Position numbers and translations under genes: made by a program. Under the pieces are notes generated by a model. The model was not told the DNA's origin, did no database searches, and saw only the letters and a program-made list of their open reading frames with translations. Shown piece after piece: positions 1 to 10,306 of a DNA stretch of 32,000 bases (position 1 is its first letter; each line of letters begins with the position of its first letter). Source of the stretch: an uncultured Lentisphaeria bacterium (lineage in GTDB: Bacteria; Verrucomicrobiota; Lentisphaeria; JABSQK01; JAJFLO01). Location of the stretch: the NCBI GenBank assembly GCA_951812855.1, contig OX638337.1, forward strand, positions 870,001 through 902,000, in the 5' to 3' direction.

Positions 1-11
1 GGGCATTTAAA

Positions 12-1070
12 ATGATGGAATATTTCGATTACAGCTCGCAGCAGGAAATTATAAATCTAAGCAATGCTGCAAAAAATTTAGATGAACTTAAAGAACGATA
101 TGGCGTTGAAGGATATCTTCGGGAAACGCTTAAATCAGGAGTCGATATATTAAACTTTAAAGCAAATCCACCCTCATTTACACCGATCAAGGTGAAACTG
201 CCGCTGGAAGAGCAAAATCAGGCTGTTCACGAAATCTACTATTATTTTAAACGAAATAAAATTGAACGTGAATTAAAATTAGACGTTCAACGAATATTGT
301 TCATAAATAAACAATACGGACCGTTAGACTGGCGACTGCATCAGGCTCATACGATTTATTGGGCAGCAGAAGACAATTTTGAAGATTTTATGAAAGGAGG
401 CGTTAATTACTCAAAAATTGTCAGGCAGAGTATGATTGAATCATTTTATGAAGGAAAATTATTTCATGACCCGGTAAAAAATATCATTTCAAGGACAAAT
501 AATCTGGAAATTATTGGTCGAATTCACGATTATATCGACTATCTGATCGAACATGATTTCAATTCAGATATTGATTCAATACATAAAAAATTTTTAGAAA
601 ATGCCGTTACTGTATTATATAACTATAATCGAAATGAAGAAGCCGGCGAACTGTTCAAACACTATAAGGAGCATTATTTACAGAAAAATCCTATAGATTA
701 TGAAGCATTTATTGTTAAGAGTATTGAGACATCGTTATATTCTGGAACGACGGAGAAAATAAAATACTATATTGAATCGGTACTCTATCAAAGCTTTCAA
801 TGGCTTGATCATGGTGATTATGATAGATCAAACGGAAATCTAAATTTAGCGAAATTATTGTGGAAGCGTTATCAATTGAAGTTCGAAGAGAATCCAGCAA
901 AAAAATTGGGCCCGTTTAGTGAAATCGTTGAGATCGTTAAAACAAAATATATTTCTGAAAAAAATATTCAAAGTGACAAATTTTCTATAAAAATAGATCA
1001 ATCTAAAACACGTAAACCTAAAAAGGTAAAAATTGGTTCGTATCATGAGGATGATCATCACGATCATTAA
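12..1070 (+). CDS. hypothetical protein (possibly 5'-partial)
   Basis: Long uninterrupted ORF. There is no in-frame stop between the window edge and the ATG at 12, so it may start upstream. No family recognised. His/Asp-rich C-terminal tail HEDDHHDH. Confidence 0.6.
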   Translation: MMEYFDYSSQQEIINLSNAAKNLDELKERYGVEGYLRETLKSGVDILNFKANPPSFTPIKVKLPLEEQNQAVHEIYYYFKRNKIERELKLDVQRILFINKQYGPLDWRLHQAHTIYWAAEDNFEDFMKGGVNYSKIVRQSMIESFYEGKLFHDPVKNIISRTNNLEIIGRIHDYIDYLIEHDFNSDIDSIHKKFLENAVTVLYNYNRNEEAGELFKHYKEHYLQKNPIDYEAFIVKSIETSLYSGTTEKIKYYIESVLYQSFQWLDHGDYDRSNGNLNLAKLLWKRYQLKFEENPAKKLGPFSEIVEIVKTKYISEKNIQSDKFSIKIDQSKTRKPKKVKIGSYHEDDHHDH

Positions 1071-1442
1071 GTATAAAAAGAAGTTTGTTAATTATAGCGT
1101 TATTCCGATGGATAACAGAACAGTTATCTGAATCATCAGACGGAAATAGTCCGGAAGGGAAAAATCATCAAAACTTGCTCCAATGACTATTGAGACGTGC
1201 TGTATTCTGATCTGCAGCGAAGCAGGCACCACAGGCGGGATAAAATACAGGACAGAAATCAAATCATTTCAAATTCACTTAAATTTGACAAAACAGAGAT
1301 CGTAAAAGGTGTTGAAGACCGAATCAGCTGTTAAAAAATTTGAGTTAATCTACATCCCCTCCAATATTGAAAAAATTATGGAGCCGGTTCGGACCGGAAA
1401 GTATGATTACCAGCCTATTTGAAAACTCTAAGGATTTAATCC

Positions 1443-1655
1443 AGGATAATTGATGATGATGAACTTCAACGTAATACCTTAAAGAAAATTCTTGAGGGAG
1501 AGCGGCATTTAGCGTTGATATCTCCTGTGATAAAATGGATGCACCGGAGCATCTGAAAGAGAATGAAGTCCAACTGATTCTCACAGACATTTACATGCCC
1601 GAAATGGATTAAAAATTGATCCTCCCACAAAGGCTTAAAAAAGTCAAAATCATTT
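1443..1655 (+). pseudogene. response-regulator receiver-domain remnant (frameshift plus in-frame stops)
   Basis: Frame A reads IIDDDELQRNTLKKILEGE.... Frame B from 1538 reads DAPEHLKENEVQLILTDIYMPEMD, then TAA (1610-1612) where the conserved Gly is expected, then KLILPQRLKKVKII. This matches the CheY-like pattern (DD ... D-x-x-MPxMDG) but is split across two frames and has no start codon. Confidence 0.55.
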
Positions 1656-1733
1656 GATTTTACATAAAACAAACATCATCGATCACCCGCCGAATAAAGC
1701 AGATCCACCCCAAAAAACCAACGTCTCCCATTT

Positions 1734-1807
1734 TGGCTGCCCGACCAGGGCTCGAACCTGGACTTACGGAATCAGAATCCGACGTGCTACCATTACACCA
1801 TCAGGCA
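1734..1807 (-). tRNA. tRNA-Gln (anticodon CUG)
   Basis: The reverse complement reads TGCCTGATGGTGTAATGGTAGCACGTCGGATTCTGATTCCGTAAGTCCAGGTTCGAGCCCTGGTCGGGCAGCCA. It has a 7-bp acceptor stem, anticodon loop TTCTGAT, a GGTTCGAGCCC T-arm and an encoded CCA. Length 74 nt. Confidence 0.9.
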
Positions 1808-2184
1808 ATACTCCAGCCTCATCATATAAATTATTACTACATAAACCCGTAAAAAATAGTATGAATTCTTCTTTTTGCTAACTGCCCAATGTTACTTTTT
1901 TTATTACATCACAGAGAAGAATAAAATTAAATTGAAACATCATAATATGATTCGATGTGACTAATTTATACCTGCCTGCCCTTCCTTCACATGATTTAAA
2001 ATCGTAACACGGACAGATTCTTCATTATAAAACAACCCTGATAATTCTATGCAGAAGTTCAAGTTGACCTCGGCTGGTACAATAAAAGTTAATAAATCAG
2101 GATAGAGTAAATTGAATTACCGGTAATGATAAATAAGTTGATTCAGGCACTTTTCCTTTAATTGAAATTAACAATCTGAATTTT

Positions 2185-2658
2185 ATGCAACTTATTATTA
2201 CGCTTATAATAATGGGAATTATTTTACTCCTGATTGAAATTATTATTCCCGGCGGCATAATCGGAATATTGGGGGTATTTTTTATATTGGCAGGCATTGC
2301 TCTGGGATTTAGCAAAAGTACCGGAATAGGCATTATATTATTATTTTCATCAGCTGTCGCGGGTTTAATCTGTCTCTGGATCTCAATAAAATATTTTCCA
2401 AAATCAAAGGTAGGGAAACAACTTTTTTTAGATCAGGATGCAAAAGACTGGCAGGCCTATGAAGAAAGTAATCAGAACCTACTGGGTAAATCAGGAATAT
2501 CCCACACCCAATTAAAACCCTCGGGAATAGCAATTTTTGATAATAAGCGTATCGATGTGATTACGCAGGGTGAACATATTGAAAATAACGAAAAAATAAG
2601 AGTAGTAAAAGTTGAAGGAAACCGAGTTATAGTTTCTATTTCAGAACAACAATTATGA
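2185..2658 (+). CDS. NfeD-family membrane protein (short form: TM helices plus C-terminal OB-fold)
   Basis: The N-terminal half is polytopic and hydrophobic. The C-terminal segment GKSGISHTQLKPSGIAIFDNKRIDVITQGEHIENNEKIRVVKVEGNRVIV matches the NfeD OB-domain pattern. It sits directly upstream of floA, like B. subtilis yqeZ-yqfA. Confidence 0.8.
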   Translation: MQLIITLIIMGIILLLIEIIIPGGIIGILGVFFILAGIALGFSKSTGIGIILLFSSAVAGLICLWISIKYFPKSKVGKQLFLDQDAKDWQAYEESNQNLLGKSGISHTQLKPSGIAIFDNKRIDVITQGEHIENNEKIRVVKVEGNRVIVSISEQQL

Positions 2659-2715
2659 GTTTGATTGAGGAATCCAGTCAAACTTTCCCAAACGCTTAAA
2701 CTAAGGGTGATAGGT

Positions 2716-3717
2716 ATGCTCAACACATTGCTTGTATTTGGTGCCGTAGCACTAATGATTGGAATCGTTATTGTTTTCTTTATTTTTTTGTATTTCGGTC
2801 AAATTTGGATTCGTGCATATTTTTCTAATGCAAGAGTCAGTTTCGGAAATTTAATTGGCATGAATTTAAGAAAAATTCCCCCGGCACTTATTGTAGAAGC
2901 ATTCATCCGGGTGAGAAAGGCAGGACTTGATGATATTGATACCAAAAGCCTTGAAACACATTTTCTATCTGGAGGTGATATACTTTCAGTTGTCAATGCA
3001 TTAATTGCAGCAGATAAAGCCGGTATAACTTTAAATTTCAAAAATGCAACCGCAATAGATCTTGCCGGACGCGACGTATTTGAAGCAGTTAGAACGAGTG
3101 TTAATCCCAAAGTCATCGACTGTCCCGATCCGGCAAAAGGTCGCCAAACCATAGATGCAGTCGCAAAAGACGGCATACAGTTAAAAGCTAAAGCAAGGGT
3201 TACAGTTCGAGCAAATATTGATCGTCTGGTTGGCGGTGCAACTGAAGAAACCATTATTGCCCGTGTTGGAGAAGGTATCGTAACGACAATCGGATCATCG
3301 GATTCACACAAAACAGTTTTAGAAAATCCAGATTTAATTTCAAAACGAGTGTTAGCCAAAGGGTTAGACAGCGGGACTGCATTTGAAATTTTGTCTATTG
3401 ATATCGCAGATATCGATGTTGGAACGAATATCGGAGCACAGCTGCAGGCAGATCAGGCCGATGCTGATAAACGTGTTGCACAAGCAAAAGCAGAAGAACG
3501 ACGGGCCGCAGCCGTTGCATTGGAACAGGAAATGGTTGCCAAAGTACAAGAAATGCAGGCAAAGGTCGTTGAAGCTCAAGCCGAAGTGCCTCTGGCAATG
3601 GCTTCAGCCTTCCGAGAAGGTAATTTAGGTATACTGGATTATTATCGTATAGAAAATCTAAAAGCTGATACTGAAATGAGATCGTCAATTTCTGATGGCG
3701 GGACTGAACAAGAATAG
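2716..3717 (+). CDS. floA: flotillin-like protein FloA (UPF0365/YqfA family, SPFH superfamily)
   Basis: Near-colinear with my recollection of B. subtilis YqfA/FloA: [94 protein letters not shown] prefer the ATG at 2716 (N-terminal TM helix follows) over the track start at 2665. Confidence 0.92.
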   Translation: MLNTLLVFGAVALMIGIVIVFFIFLYFGQIWIRAYFSNARVSFGNLIGMNLRKIPPALIVEAFIRVRKAGLDDIDTKSLETHFLSGGDILSVVNALIAADKAGITLNFKNATAIDLAGRDVFEAVRTSVNPKVIDCPDPAKGRQTIDAVAKDGIQLKAKARVTVRANIDRLVGGATEETIIARVGEGIVTTIGSSDSHKTVLENPDLISKRVLAKGLDSGTAFEILSIDIADIDVGTNIGAQLQADQADADKRVAQAKAEERRAAAVALEQEMVAKVQEMQAKVVEAQAEVPLAMASAFREGNLGILDYYRIENLKADTEMRSSISDGGTEQE

Positions 3718-3719
3718 TT

Positions 3720-4202
3720 ATGGACGATTTAATCCTTTTTATAATATTCATCATTTTTTCTATTTTAAGCTATTTTAATAAGAAAAAAGAAAATGAACCC
3801 GGTGAACCGGGTAATCGGCCCGAATTTCCTGAAAATGATAAAACTATATTTGAATTCGATACATTTCAGAACAAAGAACAGTTTGAAGAATTTACCAGTG
3901 CCAGTGAATTAGCTGTTCGTGAATTAGAAACAGAACCTGATTCGCCAGAGATCATTACCCAAAAATTGTCTTTAGAATCATCGGTTCACCATCATGATGA
4001 AAAATCATTGAAAAGCACTCTGAAAAGCAGACTGAATGAAGATTTAGAGAACGATGCCTATGCTTTAAGAGACAGCAGTCAAGTTGGTCCAAAGAATTAT
4101 AAAACCGGGCATCCCCTTTCAACTATTCTAAGCAAGAGAGAATTAAAACGATCAATTCTATTAAAAGAAGTTTTAGACCGGCCTCGGGCGTTTGACATTT
4201 AG
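3720..4202 (+). CDS. hypothetical single-pass membrane protein, third gene of the nfeD-floA operon
   Basis: Starts 3 nt after the floA stop. N-terminal TM helix (LILFIIFIIFSILSYF) followed by an acidic, low-complexity tail. No family recognised. Confidence 0.55.
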   Translation: MDDLILFIIFIIFSILSYFNKKKENEPGEPGNRPEFPENDKTIFEFDTFQNKEQFEEFTSASELAVRELETEPDSPEIITQKLSLESSVHHHDEKSLKSTLKSRLNEDLENDAYALRDSSQVGPKNYKTGHPLSTILSKRELKRSILLKEVLDRPRAFDI

Positions 4203-4517
4203 AATCCCGATCAAGGGAGTTTAAATATTTCAACGATTTATTGTATAAATGCACCGTGTCTGTTCCAAGTCAATCATTTACACCATGGAAAAATCAGATT
4301 GGCATCATGCCTTATTAAACGTCATTTAATCGGCCTATATTTCTTGAGCCTGTAATTGCCTGTTGATCGATGTCAAGTGAACCGATACAGCATATTGTCT
4401 ACCAGGAATTAGCTGCTTGAGTAAAAATAAAATTGCTAATCAATTTGAGCTGACGAAATTTTCTCGTATTATACGATCAAACACATTAAATCATTCACGC
4501 CTGCCGTATTGCTTTCT

Positions 4518-5162
4518 ATGCTCTATATAATTGTATTTTTTGTATCATATCTTTGTGGTGGAATTCCCTTTGGCTTACTCATTGGAAAATATAATGGCGT
4601 TGACGTAAGATCAGAAGGCAGTGGTAATATTGGTGCTACTAATATTCTAAGAATATGCGGGAAAAAATGGGGATATTTTTGTTTTATATTCGACACATTA
4701 AAAGGATTTGTTCCTGTAGTACTCTCAAAAAATTTGGCCTCTTTAAATCAACTCAGTCATCATCATTACATACCGATTATCGTCATCACAGGCGTCGTTA
4801 TGGGACATATTTGGAGTCCCTATATAAATTTTAAAGGCGGGAAGGGTGTTGCAACTTCTGCAGGAGCATTACTGGCAATTACCCCAATTGCCACATTGAT
4901 TTCGCTTCTCATTTGGTATTTGGTGTTTTTAAAATTCCGATATGTTTCACTGGCAAGTATAATTGCAGCGGCTGCATTACCGATTATTGCCGGTTCGATG
5001 ACAATGCTCTGTCACCATCCTTATACTCTAATTCCTAAACCAATTTTGTTTTTTTTGTCACTATTATCAATGATAGTGATAATTAAGCACAAAAGAAATA
5101 TTAATAAATTGTTGAACCGTACTGAAAATAAATTTATAAAAAAAGAATCACAGGCATCATGA
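4518..5162 (+). CDS. plsY: glycerol-3-phosphate acyltransferase PlsY
   Basis: SYLCGGIPFGLLIGK and GSGNIGATNILR signature motifs, FKGGKGVATSAG, polytopic membrane profile. The ATG at 4518 is preferred over the TTG at 4509. Confidence 0.92.
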   Translation: MLYIIVFFVSYLCGGIPFGLLIGKYNGVDVRSEGSGNIGATNILRICGKKWGYFCFIFDTLKGFVPVVLSKNLASLNQLSHHHYIPIIVITGVVMGHIWSPYINFKGGKGVATSAGALLAITPIATLISLLIWYLVFLKFRYVSLASIIAAAALPIIAGSMTMLCHHPYTLIPKPILFFLSLLSMIVIIKHKRNINKLLNRTENKFIKKESQAS

Positions 5163-6157
5163 AAATATCAGTAATTAGTGACGGAGCCTGGGCTACGGCT
5201 ATCGCATTGTTATTAATTAAAAATAAACACAGCGTCCATCTCTGGGGGCCATTTCCCGAATACATTGAGGAAATGAAATTGACGAGAAAAAACACGCGTT
5301 ATCTCAAAGGACAAGCCCTGCCCGACGAGATAACCCTCACTCATTCTATGAGTGAGGCGATTGACAAAGCTGAGCTCATTGTAATGGCATCTCCCACCCA
5401 ATATGCACGAAAATGCCTTCAGCAAATTTCCGAATTTGGACTGACATCCAACCAAATTATTGTCAATGTTTCAAAAGGGATAGAAACCGGCTCCCTTAAT
5501 CGTATCAGCCAAATCTGCACAGACGTTATTGGAGACATCAATTACGTCGTACTTTCAGGGCCGAGTCATGCCGAAGAAGTTGTAAAAGGTATGCCGACTG
5601 CAGTTGTTGCAGCTTCGGATAATCCAGATATATCACAAAAGGTTCAAAACAGTTTTATGAATCCAGTTTTCAGAGTATATACTACCGGAGATGTGACCGG
5701 AGTAGAATTGGGCGGTGCTCTAAAAAATGTATATGCCATCGCAGCAGGCATAAGTGATGGTATGGGTTTGGGTGACAATTCTAAAGCTGCATTAATTACA
5801 CGTGGCATTGCTGAGATGGCACGACTGGGAGTTGCACTGGGTGGCCGACAGGAAACGTTTTCCGGATTAAGTGGAGTTGGAGACATGATTGTAACGTGTG
5901 CCAGTTCACATAGCCGAAATCGATTTGTTGGAGAACAGATGGGTAAAGGACTTACTCTGAAAGCGATCAAAGAAAAAATGGGATTTGTAGTAGCCGAAGG
6001 AGTTGAAACAACAAAAAGTGCACATGCATTGGCAAAAAAATGGAATGTTGATACCCCGATTATTAACGAAGTGTACTCAGATCTTTATGAAGGTAAAAAT
6101 CCAAAGCATGGGTTAACAGAACTGATGACGCGGAAAGCAAAAACTGAATTTGAATGA
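5159..6157 (+). CDS. gpsA: NAD(P)H-dependent glycerol-3-phosphate dehydrogenase GpsA
   Basis: MKISVI..GAWATA Rossmann-type N-terminus, SKGIE, GPSHAEEV, GGALKNVYAIAAGISDGMGLGDNSKAALITRG. ATGA overlap with the plsY stop. Confidence 0.95.
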   Translation: MKISVISDGAWATAIALLLIKNKHSVHLWGPFPEYIEEMKLTRKNTRYLKGQALPDEITLTHSMSEAIDKAELIVMASPTQYARKCLQQISEFGLTSNQIIVNVSKGIETGSLNRISQICTDVIGDINYVVLSGPSHAEEVVKGMPTAVVAASDNPDISQKVQNSFMNPVFRVYTTGDVTGVELGGALKNVYAIAAGISDGMGLGDNSKAALITRGIAEMARLGVALGGRQETFSGLSGVGDMIVTCASSHSRNRFVGEQMGKGLTLKAIKEKMGFVVAEGVETTKSAHALAKKWNVDTPIINEVYSDLYEGKNPKHGLTELMTRKAKTEFE

Positions 6158-6217
6158 GTTCAAATCATCGATCTCAATCAAGCAGCGAATAAATAATATA
6201 ATTTTACAGAAAAATAT

Positions 6218-7495
6218 ATGTCTATGGATAGTTTTGTCATTGAAGGTGGAAACAGACTCTCCGGAGAAATAACTCCCGGTGGAAATAAAAATGCAGCACT
6301 GCCCATGATCGCAACAGCATTACTGACTGACGAAGAAATTATATTTGAGAATATGCCAGATATTCTTGATGTCAAAACAATGCTCCAAATTGCCGAAGCC
6401 CTGGGTGCGAAAATTAAATTGGAAGAATCGACATTGAGTATTCGCTGCTTTAATATCAACCTGTTTGAAATTCCGCAAAAACTATGCTCAGCAGTTAGAG
6501 CAAGTATACTGTTTATCGCTCCGCTGCTGTTTCGATTGGGAAAGGCAAAAGGTTTTCCTCCTGGCGGAGACGTTATTGGCCGCAGACGGCTTGATGCTCA
6601 TTTTTACGGACTGAGAACATTAGGAGCTGAAATTGACGAAATGGAATTTGAATTTTCAGCTCCAAATGGACTTAAAGCACGCGATTTATTTTTTGATGAA
6701 TCAAGCGTAACAGCAACAGAGCATATCATGATGGCAGCAGCAGTCGCTGATGGTACTACAATTATTAGAAATTCTGCAAGTGAACCCCACGTCCATGACC
6801 TCGCTGTATTGTTAAATAAAATGGGGGCCAAAATTTCCGGACTAAATACAAATACCCTCACGATAACCGGAGTTAAGTCGCTTCACGGGACCAGACACAA
6901 AATTGTATCCGACCATATCGAAGCTGCAAGCTATCTGGCGTTAGTTTCCGCTGCCGGTGGTGGAATTACAGTAACCAATACCGTAAGAAGTCATTACTGG
7001 ATGATTCAGCGAGTCTTTCAGAGATTTAATATTCACCTTGAAATTGGTAGCGATTATATCACTCTTTTACCTGATCAAATACCTGTCATTCAGAGAGACT
7101 CTGGCGGTGCCCTGCCTACAGTAGCAGATGGCCCCTGGCCTCAATTTCCTTCAGATTTAATGAGTACAATGCTGGTACTTGCCACTCAGACGAAAGGGAC
7201 AGTATTGTTTTTTGAAAAAATGTTCGAGAGTAGAATGTATTTTGTCGACAGACTTATTCAAATGGGTGCAAGTACAATTGTATGTGACCCGCATAGAGTC
7301 GTCATATCAGGAAAATCAGAACTGAGAAGTCAACAATTAAGCAGCCCGGATATCCGAGCAGGTATGGCACTGATTATTGCTGCACTGTGTGCAAAAGGCC
7401 AAAGTGAAATCCAAAACGCTGCGATTATTGATCGCGGCTATGAAAAGATGGAGGAAAAGCTAAAATCGATTGGTGCGGTCGTGAATCGAACCTGA
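6218..7495 (+). CDS. murA: UDP-N-acetylglucosamine 1-carboxyvinyltransferase MurA (Asp at the active-site Cys position)
   Basis: FVIEGGNRLSGEITPGGNKNAALP N-terminus, colinear with my recollection of E. coli MurA, and C-terminal IDRGYEKMEEKL. The active-site loop reads PPGGDVIGRRRLD, versus LPGGCTIGARPVD in E. coli. Confidence 0.95.
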   Translation: MSMDSFVIEGGNRLSGEITPGGNKNAALPMIATALLTDEEIIFENMPDILDVKTMLQIAEALGAKIKLEESTLSIRCFNINLFEIPQKLCSAVRASILFIAPLLFRLGKAKGFPPGGDVIGRRRLDAHFYGLRTLGAEIDEMEFEFSAPNGLKARDLFFDESSVTATEHIMMAAAVADGTTIIRNSASEPHVHDLAVLLNKMGAKISGLNTNTLTITGVKSLHGTRHKIVSDHIEAASYLALVSAAGGGITVTNTVRSHYWMIQRVFQRFNIHLEIGSDYITLLPDQIPVIQRDSGGALPTVADGPWPQFPSDLMSTMLVLATQTKGTVLFFEKMFESRMYFVDRLIQMGASTIVCDPHRVVISGKSELRSQQLSSPDIRAGMALIIAALCAKGQSEIQNAAIIDRGYEKMEEKLKSIGAVVNRT

Positions 7496-7657
7496 TTCAG
7501 TATGATAATAACCATCAAAATTTAGCAGAATTTTATTATATTGCAGAGTGGAAATGAGTCTTTAATGACTATATTATTTTGACAGTAATTTGAATTCTTA
7601 TTTAATCTATAATTTTATCGTTTCCTGTAAAATACGGTTAACTGAAAATATCAGCAA

Positions 7658-7930
7658 ATGGTTCGAAATCATATCTTAATTAAAGGTCGGGTGCAAGGGG
7701 TTGGATATCGGTACTTTTGCCAAAATATTGCAGATGTGTATGAACTGACGGGTTGGGTAAAAAACCTGCCTGATGAAACAGTTGAAATTGAAATCCAGGG
7801 CGAAATAGAAAATGTTAATTTATTCAAAAAAGAATTAAAAATGGGACCCTCCCTGGCGAATGTGTCTGAAGTCATCGCAAATGAAATTAATACAATATCC
7901 GAGGAAACATCATTTGTAATTAATTTCTAA
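7658..7930 (+). CDS. acyP: acylphosphatase
   Basis: 90 aa, with the IKGRVQGVGYRYF and GWVKNLPDETVEIEIQG acylphosphatase signature motifs. Confidence 0.85.
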   Translation: MVRNHILIKGRVQGVGYRYFCQNIADVYELTGWVKNLPDETVEIEIQGEIENVNLFKKELKMGPSLANVSEVIANEINTISEETSFVINF

Positions 7931-7936
7931 CTCCAA

Positions 7937-8182
7937 TTAATTCTTATTTTCCCTCAATTTTCTGGCAAGTTCTTCAGCAAATTCCGCAAGCTCTTCCCTG
8001 CTATAGTCTTTCGCATTATTAAATCCCTGTTCTGTCGCCAGTTTAAAATCCTCAACTGAAATTACAGCAGGAGGCTTAAACCACCAGCCAATAACTATGC
8101 CGATAACTATGCCAACAATAAATCCATTTAAATAAGGCATTCTTTTTTTTTCAACTTTCTCAGAAGGTTTTTTTTCACTCAT
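7937..8182 (-). CDS. hypothetical small single-pass membrane protein
   Basis: 81 aa. Basic N-terminus, one TM helix (FIVGIVIGIVIGWWF), charged helical C-terminus. Convergent with acyP. Confidence 0.5.
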   Translation of the reverse strand: MSEKKPSEKVEKKRMPYLNGFIVGIVIGIVIGWWFKPPAVISVEDFKLATEQGFNNAKDYSREELAEFAEELARKLRENKN

Positions 8183-8222
8183 AATTTTTTCGCCTCAAAA
8201 TAACAAAATGTTTTAATATGCT

Positions 8223-9080
8223 CTAAATCGCCACGTCCGGATGTTCTAAACAAAGTAATCCAAATTTTCCATCTCTAAAATCCTTTATAATTCCGATTGC
8301 GGTTTGCCCTGTATCAATCAACCCGCCTTTTGCCAACTTCCCTTTTTTCAAACCGATTTTATTAATTAGATCTGAAAAATCATCCATATCAGAAATTTTG
8401 TAAAAATCAGCGAATTGGCAACTGCCATTTAATTTTAACTTATATGCAAGATATTCAACAATCAACAACCGGTCAAGTAACCGGTCTTTTATTGCAGCGA
8501 CCAGTGCCAATTTTAAAGCAGATTCAAGATTATCTATTCTGGGTGTCATTATCCCGGGTGAATCAACTAAACTAATATTATCATTAACTTTTATTAACTG
8601 CTGACAACGTGTAACACCGGGTACAGGTCCTGTACATGCTTTGTTTTTATTTATCAAATAATTAATTATAGAAGATTTTCCAACGTTGGGAACACCAATT
8701 ATTAAGACTCTGGTCAAGGTGCAAAATTTCAGTTTTTCTACCTCGGAAATGATCAAATTCAGTAATAATTTTGACGCATTTTTCAAATATTTGTTGACTG
8801 CTATTACGGTTATTTTCTGAGATTTAAAATAATCAATCCATTCATAAAGTGACTCTTCGGGAATATAATCCGTTTTATTAATTATAAGAATGCGAGGTTT
8901 AGATGTGGAAATGTTGTCAAACCGAAAATTTCGAGTTGCCAGTGGTGCCCGAGCATCAACAACTTCAAGAATAATATCAACTTGAGAAATTTTTTTATTA
9001 ATTTCCCGTTCAGCTTTCAGCATATGTCCGGGATACCAGGAAACTGGTGATTCCCCCTTAAATTGTGCCGGTAAGTCCAT
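8223..9080 (-). CDS. rbgA: ribosome biogenesis GTPase A (YlqF/RbgA, circularly permuted GTPase)
   Basis: WYPGHMLKAEREI...VDIILEVVDARAP, then NKTD, then GVPNVGKSSIIN and DSPG in the permuted G4-G1-G3 order. The start at M22 (9080) is preferred over the track start at 9143. Confidence 0.88.
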   Translation of the reverse strand: MDLPAQFKGESPVSWYPGHMLKAEREINKKISQVDIILEVVDARAPLATRNFRFDNISTSKPRILIINKTDYIPEESLYEWIDYFKSQKITVIAVNKYLKNASKLLLNLIISEVEKLKFCTLTRVLIIGVPNVGKSSIINYLINKNKACTGPVPGVTRCQQLIKVNDNISLVDSPGIMTPRIDNLESALKLALVAAIKDRLLDRLLIVEYLAYKLKLNGSCQFADFYKISDMDDFSDLINKIGLKKGKLAKGGLIDTGQTAIGIIKDFRDGKFGLLCLEHPDVAI

Positions 9081-10296
9081 AGTCGATTTTAGATTCAGAA
9101 AATAATTGCTGCATGCCTGGCGTATTAAATTTACTATAATCAAAAATGATTCGCCGCTTCTTTCCTAATATTTTTCGAGTCCATGCTGCAAATTCAATTA
9201 TAGACGCCATGTCCCAATGAACGCACGAATGCTTTTTATAAACATGACGACCACAATTGCAAAAACCCGGAAAAATTCCAGTTATATTAATTGGAATTTT
9301 ATCATTCTTCAATGAAGAAATTTGGCGTATGATTCGTTTTAAATGTTTAATAGTACTGCTGGCAGTAAAGCACGGACTGTCACTAATTTCATTATCATAA
9401 ATCCGTTTTTGTGATAACCGCCAGTTAATCTTTCCCAGATCCAGATTCAGTGCATAATTTAAGGGTAAATTCCGGGTATCATTATCAAGCTGACATAAAT
9501 CGAGTTCCTGCTGTTCATTATAGTTTAACTCGATATGAGACAGAGGATCCGATTGATCATCATTTTGGCTCATTGACCAGGCTAAATACCAATTGAAGAT
9601 GTAATGTCTCGGTTCGGGTATAATATCAGCATCGGCAATTGATACATAACGTTGAAATCGAATTTCATTATCAATAATAGCTAAACGATATTTTGCATTA
9701 TTATCATTAATTAAAAATCCATTATTCCAACGCCAAATATCTGTCCCCAGCCCAATTTCAAGCTCAATACCGGTTTCATGTTTGAATATAAGAGAAACAG
9801 GATGAGTCCCCCATGACTTAATTTCTGCTGATTTCGAACTCGATGCGGGAAGTTGGTTCAGGCTTGACACCTCAGGAAGTATCCCGTTATTTCTTGTTAT
9901 TTCACGAAACCCATGCCATTTCCCCGGTATCGAAAATGAACTAATACCAATCTGTTTAGCAATTGAAGTATGCCCTGGAATGACAAAATCTGTTGTAATC
10001 CGCAAACTGCTATTATAATATCGATACGCTTGAATCAGTTTTGTTCCTGAACCAAATGGAAAATGCCCCTGACGTTTCAGATGAAGAATTGTCCCTTTTC
10101 TCCATTCTTTGACTGAATCAATTAACGCAACGTTATCGGATAAATCTCCTAACTCACATTCACAATGGTTAAAAATCGGGATAGAATTGAAGGTCAATAA
10201 TGAAGGACCTGAAACAGAATCAGGCTCATGGTTTGCAGTCCACAAACCATGATTCCCGATAATATTAATCGGGATATCAGTAAATGCATAACTCAT
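9058..10296 (-). CDS. hypothetical protein with a C-terminal Cys/His cluster
   Basis: A 412-aa ORF on the same strand as the neighbouring genes, overlapping the rbgA start region. No family recognised. Contains HCECE near the N-terminus and CNCGRHVYKKHSCVH near the C-terminus. Confidence 0.65.
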   Translation of the reverse strand: MSYAFTDIPINIIGNHGLWTANHEPDSVSGPSLLTFNSIPIFNHCECELGDLSDNVALIDSVKEWRKGTILHLKRQGHFPFGSGTKLIQAYRYYNSSLRITTDFVIPGHTSIAKQIGISSFSIPGKWHGFREITRNNGILPEVSSLNQLPASSSKSAEIKSWGTHPVSLIFKHETGIELEIGLGTDIWRWNNGFLINDNNAKYRLAIIDNEIRFQRYVSIADADIIPEPRHYIFNWYLAWSMSQNDDQSDPLSHIELNYNEQQELDLCQLDNDTRNLPLNYALNLDLGKINWRLSQKRIYDNEISDSPCFTASSTIKHLKRIIRQISSLKNDKIPINITGIFPGFCNCGRHVYKKHSCVHWDMASIIEFAAWTRKILGKKRRIIFDYSKFNTPGMQQLFSESKIDYGLTGTI

Positions 10297-10306
10297 GTAT
10301 CATTCA

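Noticed and set aside
1654-1881. 75-aa plus-strand ORF from the track.
   Set aside because: It runs straight through tRNA-Gln (1734-1807, minus strand) and has no RBS. It is an artefact of the tRNA region.
2799-3754. Minus-strand ORFs of 186, 119 and 71 aa and a plus-strand ORF of 81 aa inside floA. Similar antisense or alternate-frame ORFs occur inside gpsA, murA, queA, rapA, mraY, ribD, lpxL and others.
   Set aside because: They overlap genes with unambiguous family signatures, give low-complexity or odd-composition translations, and have no RBS. They are typical shadow ORFs.
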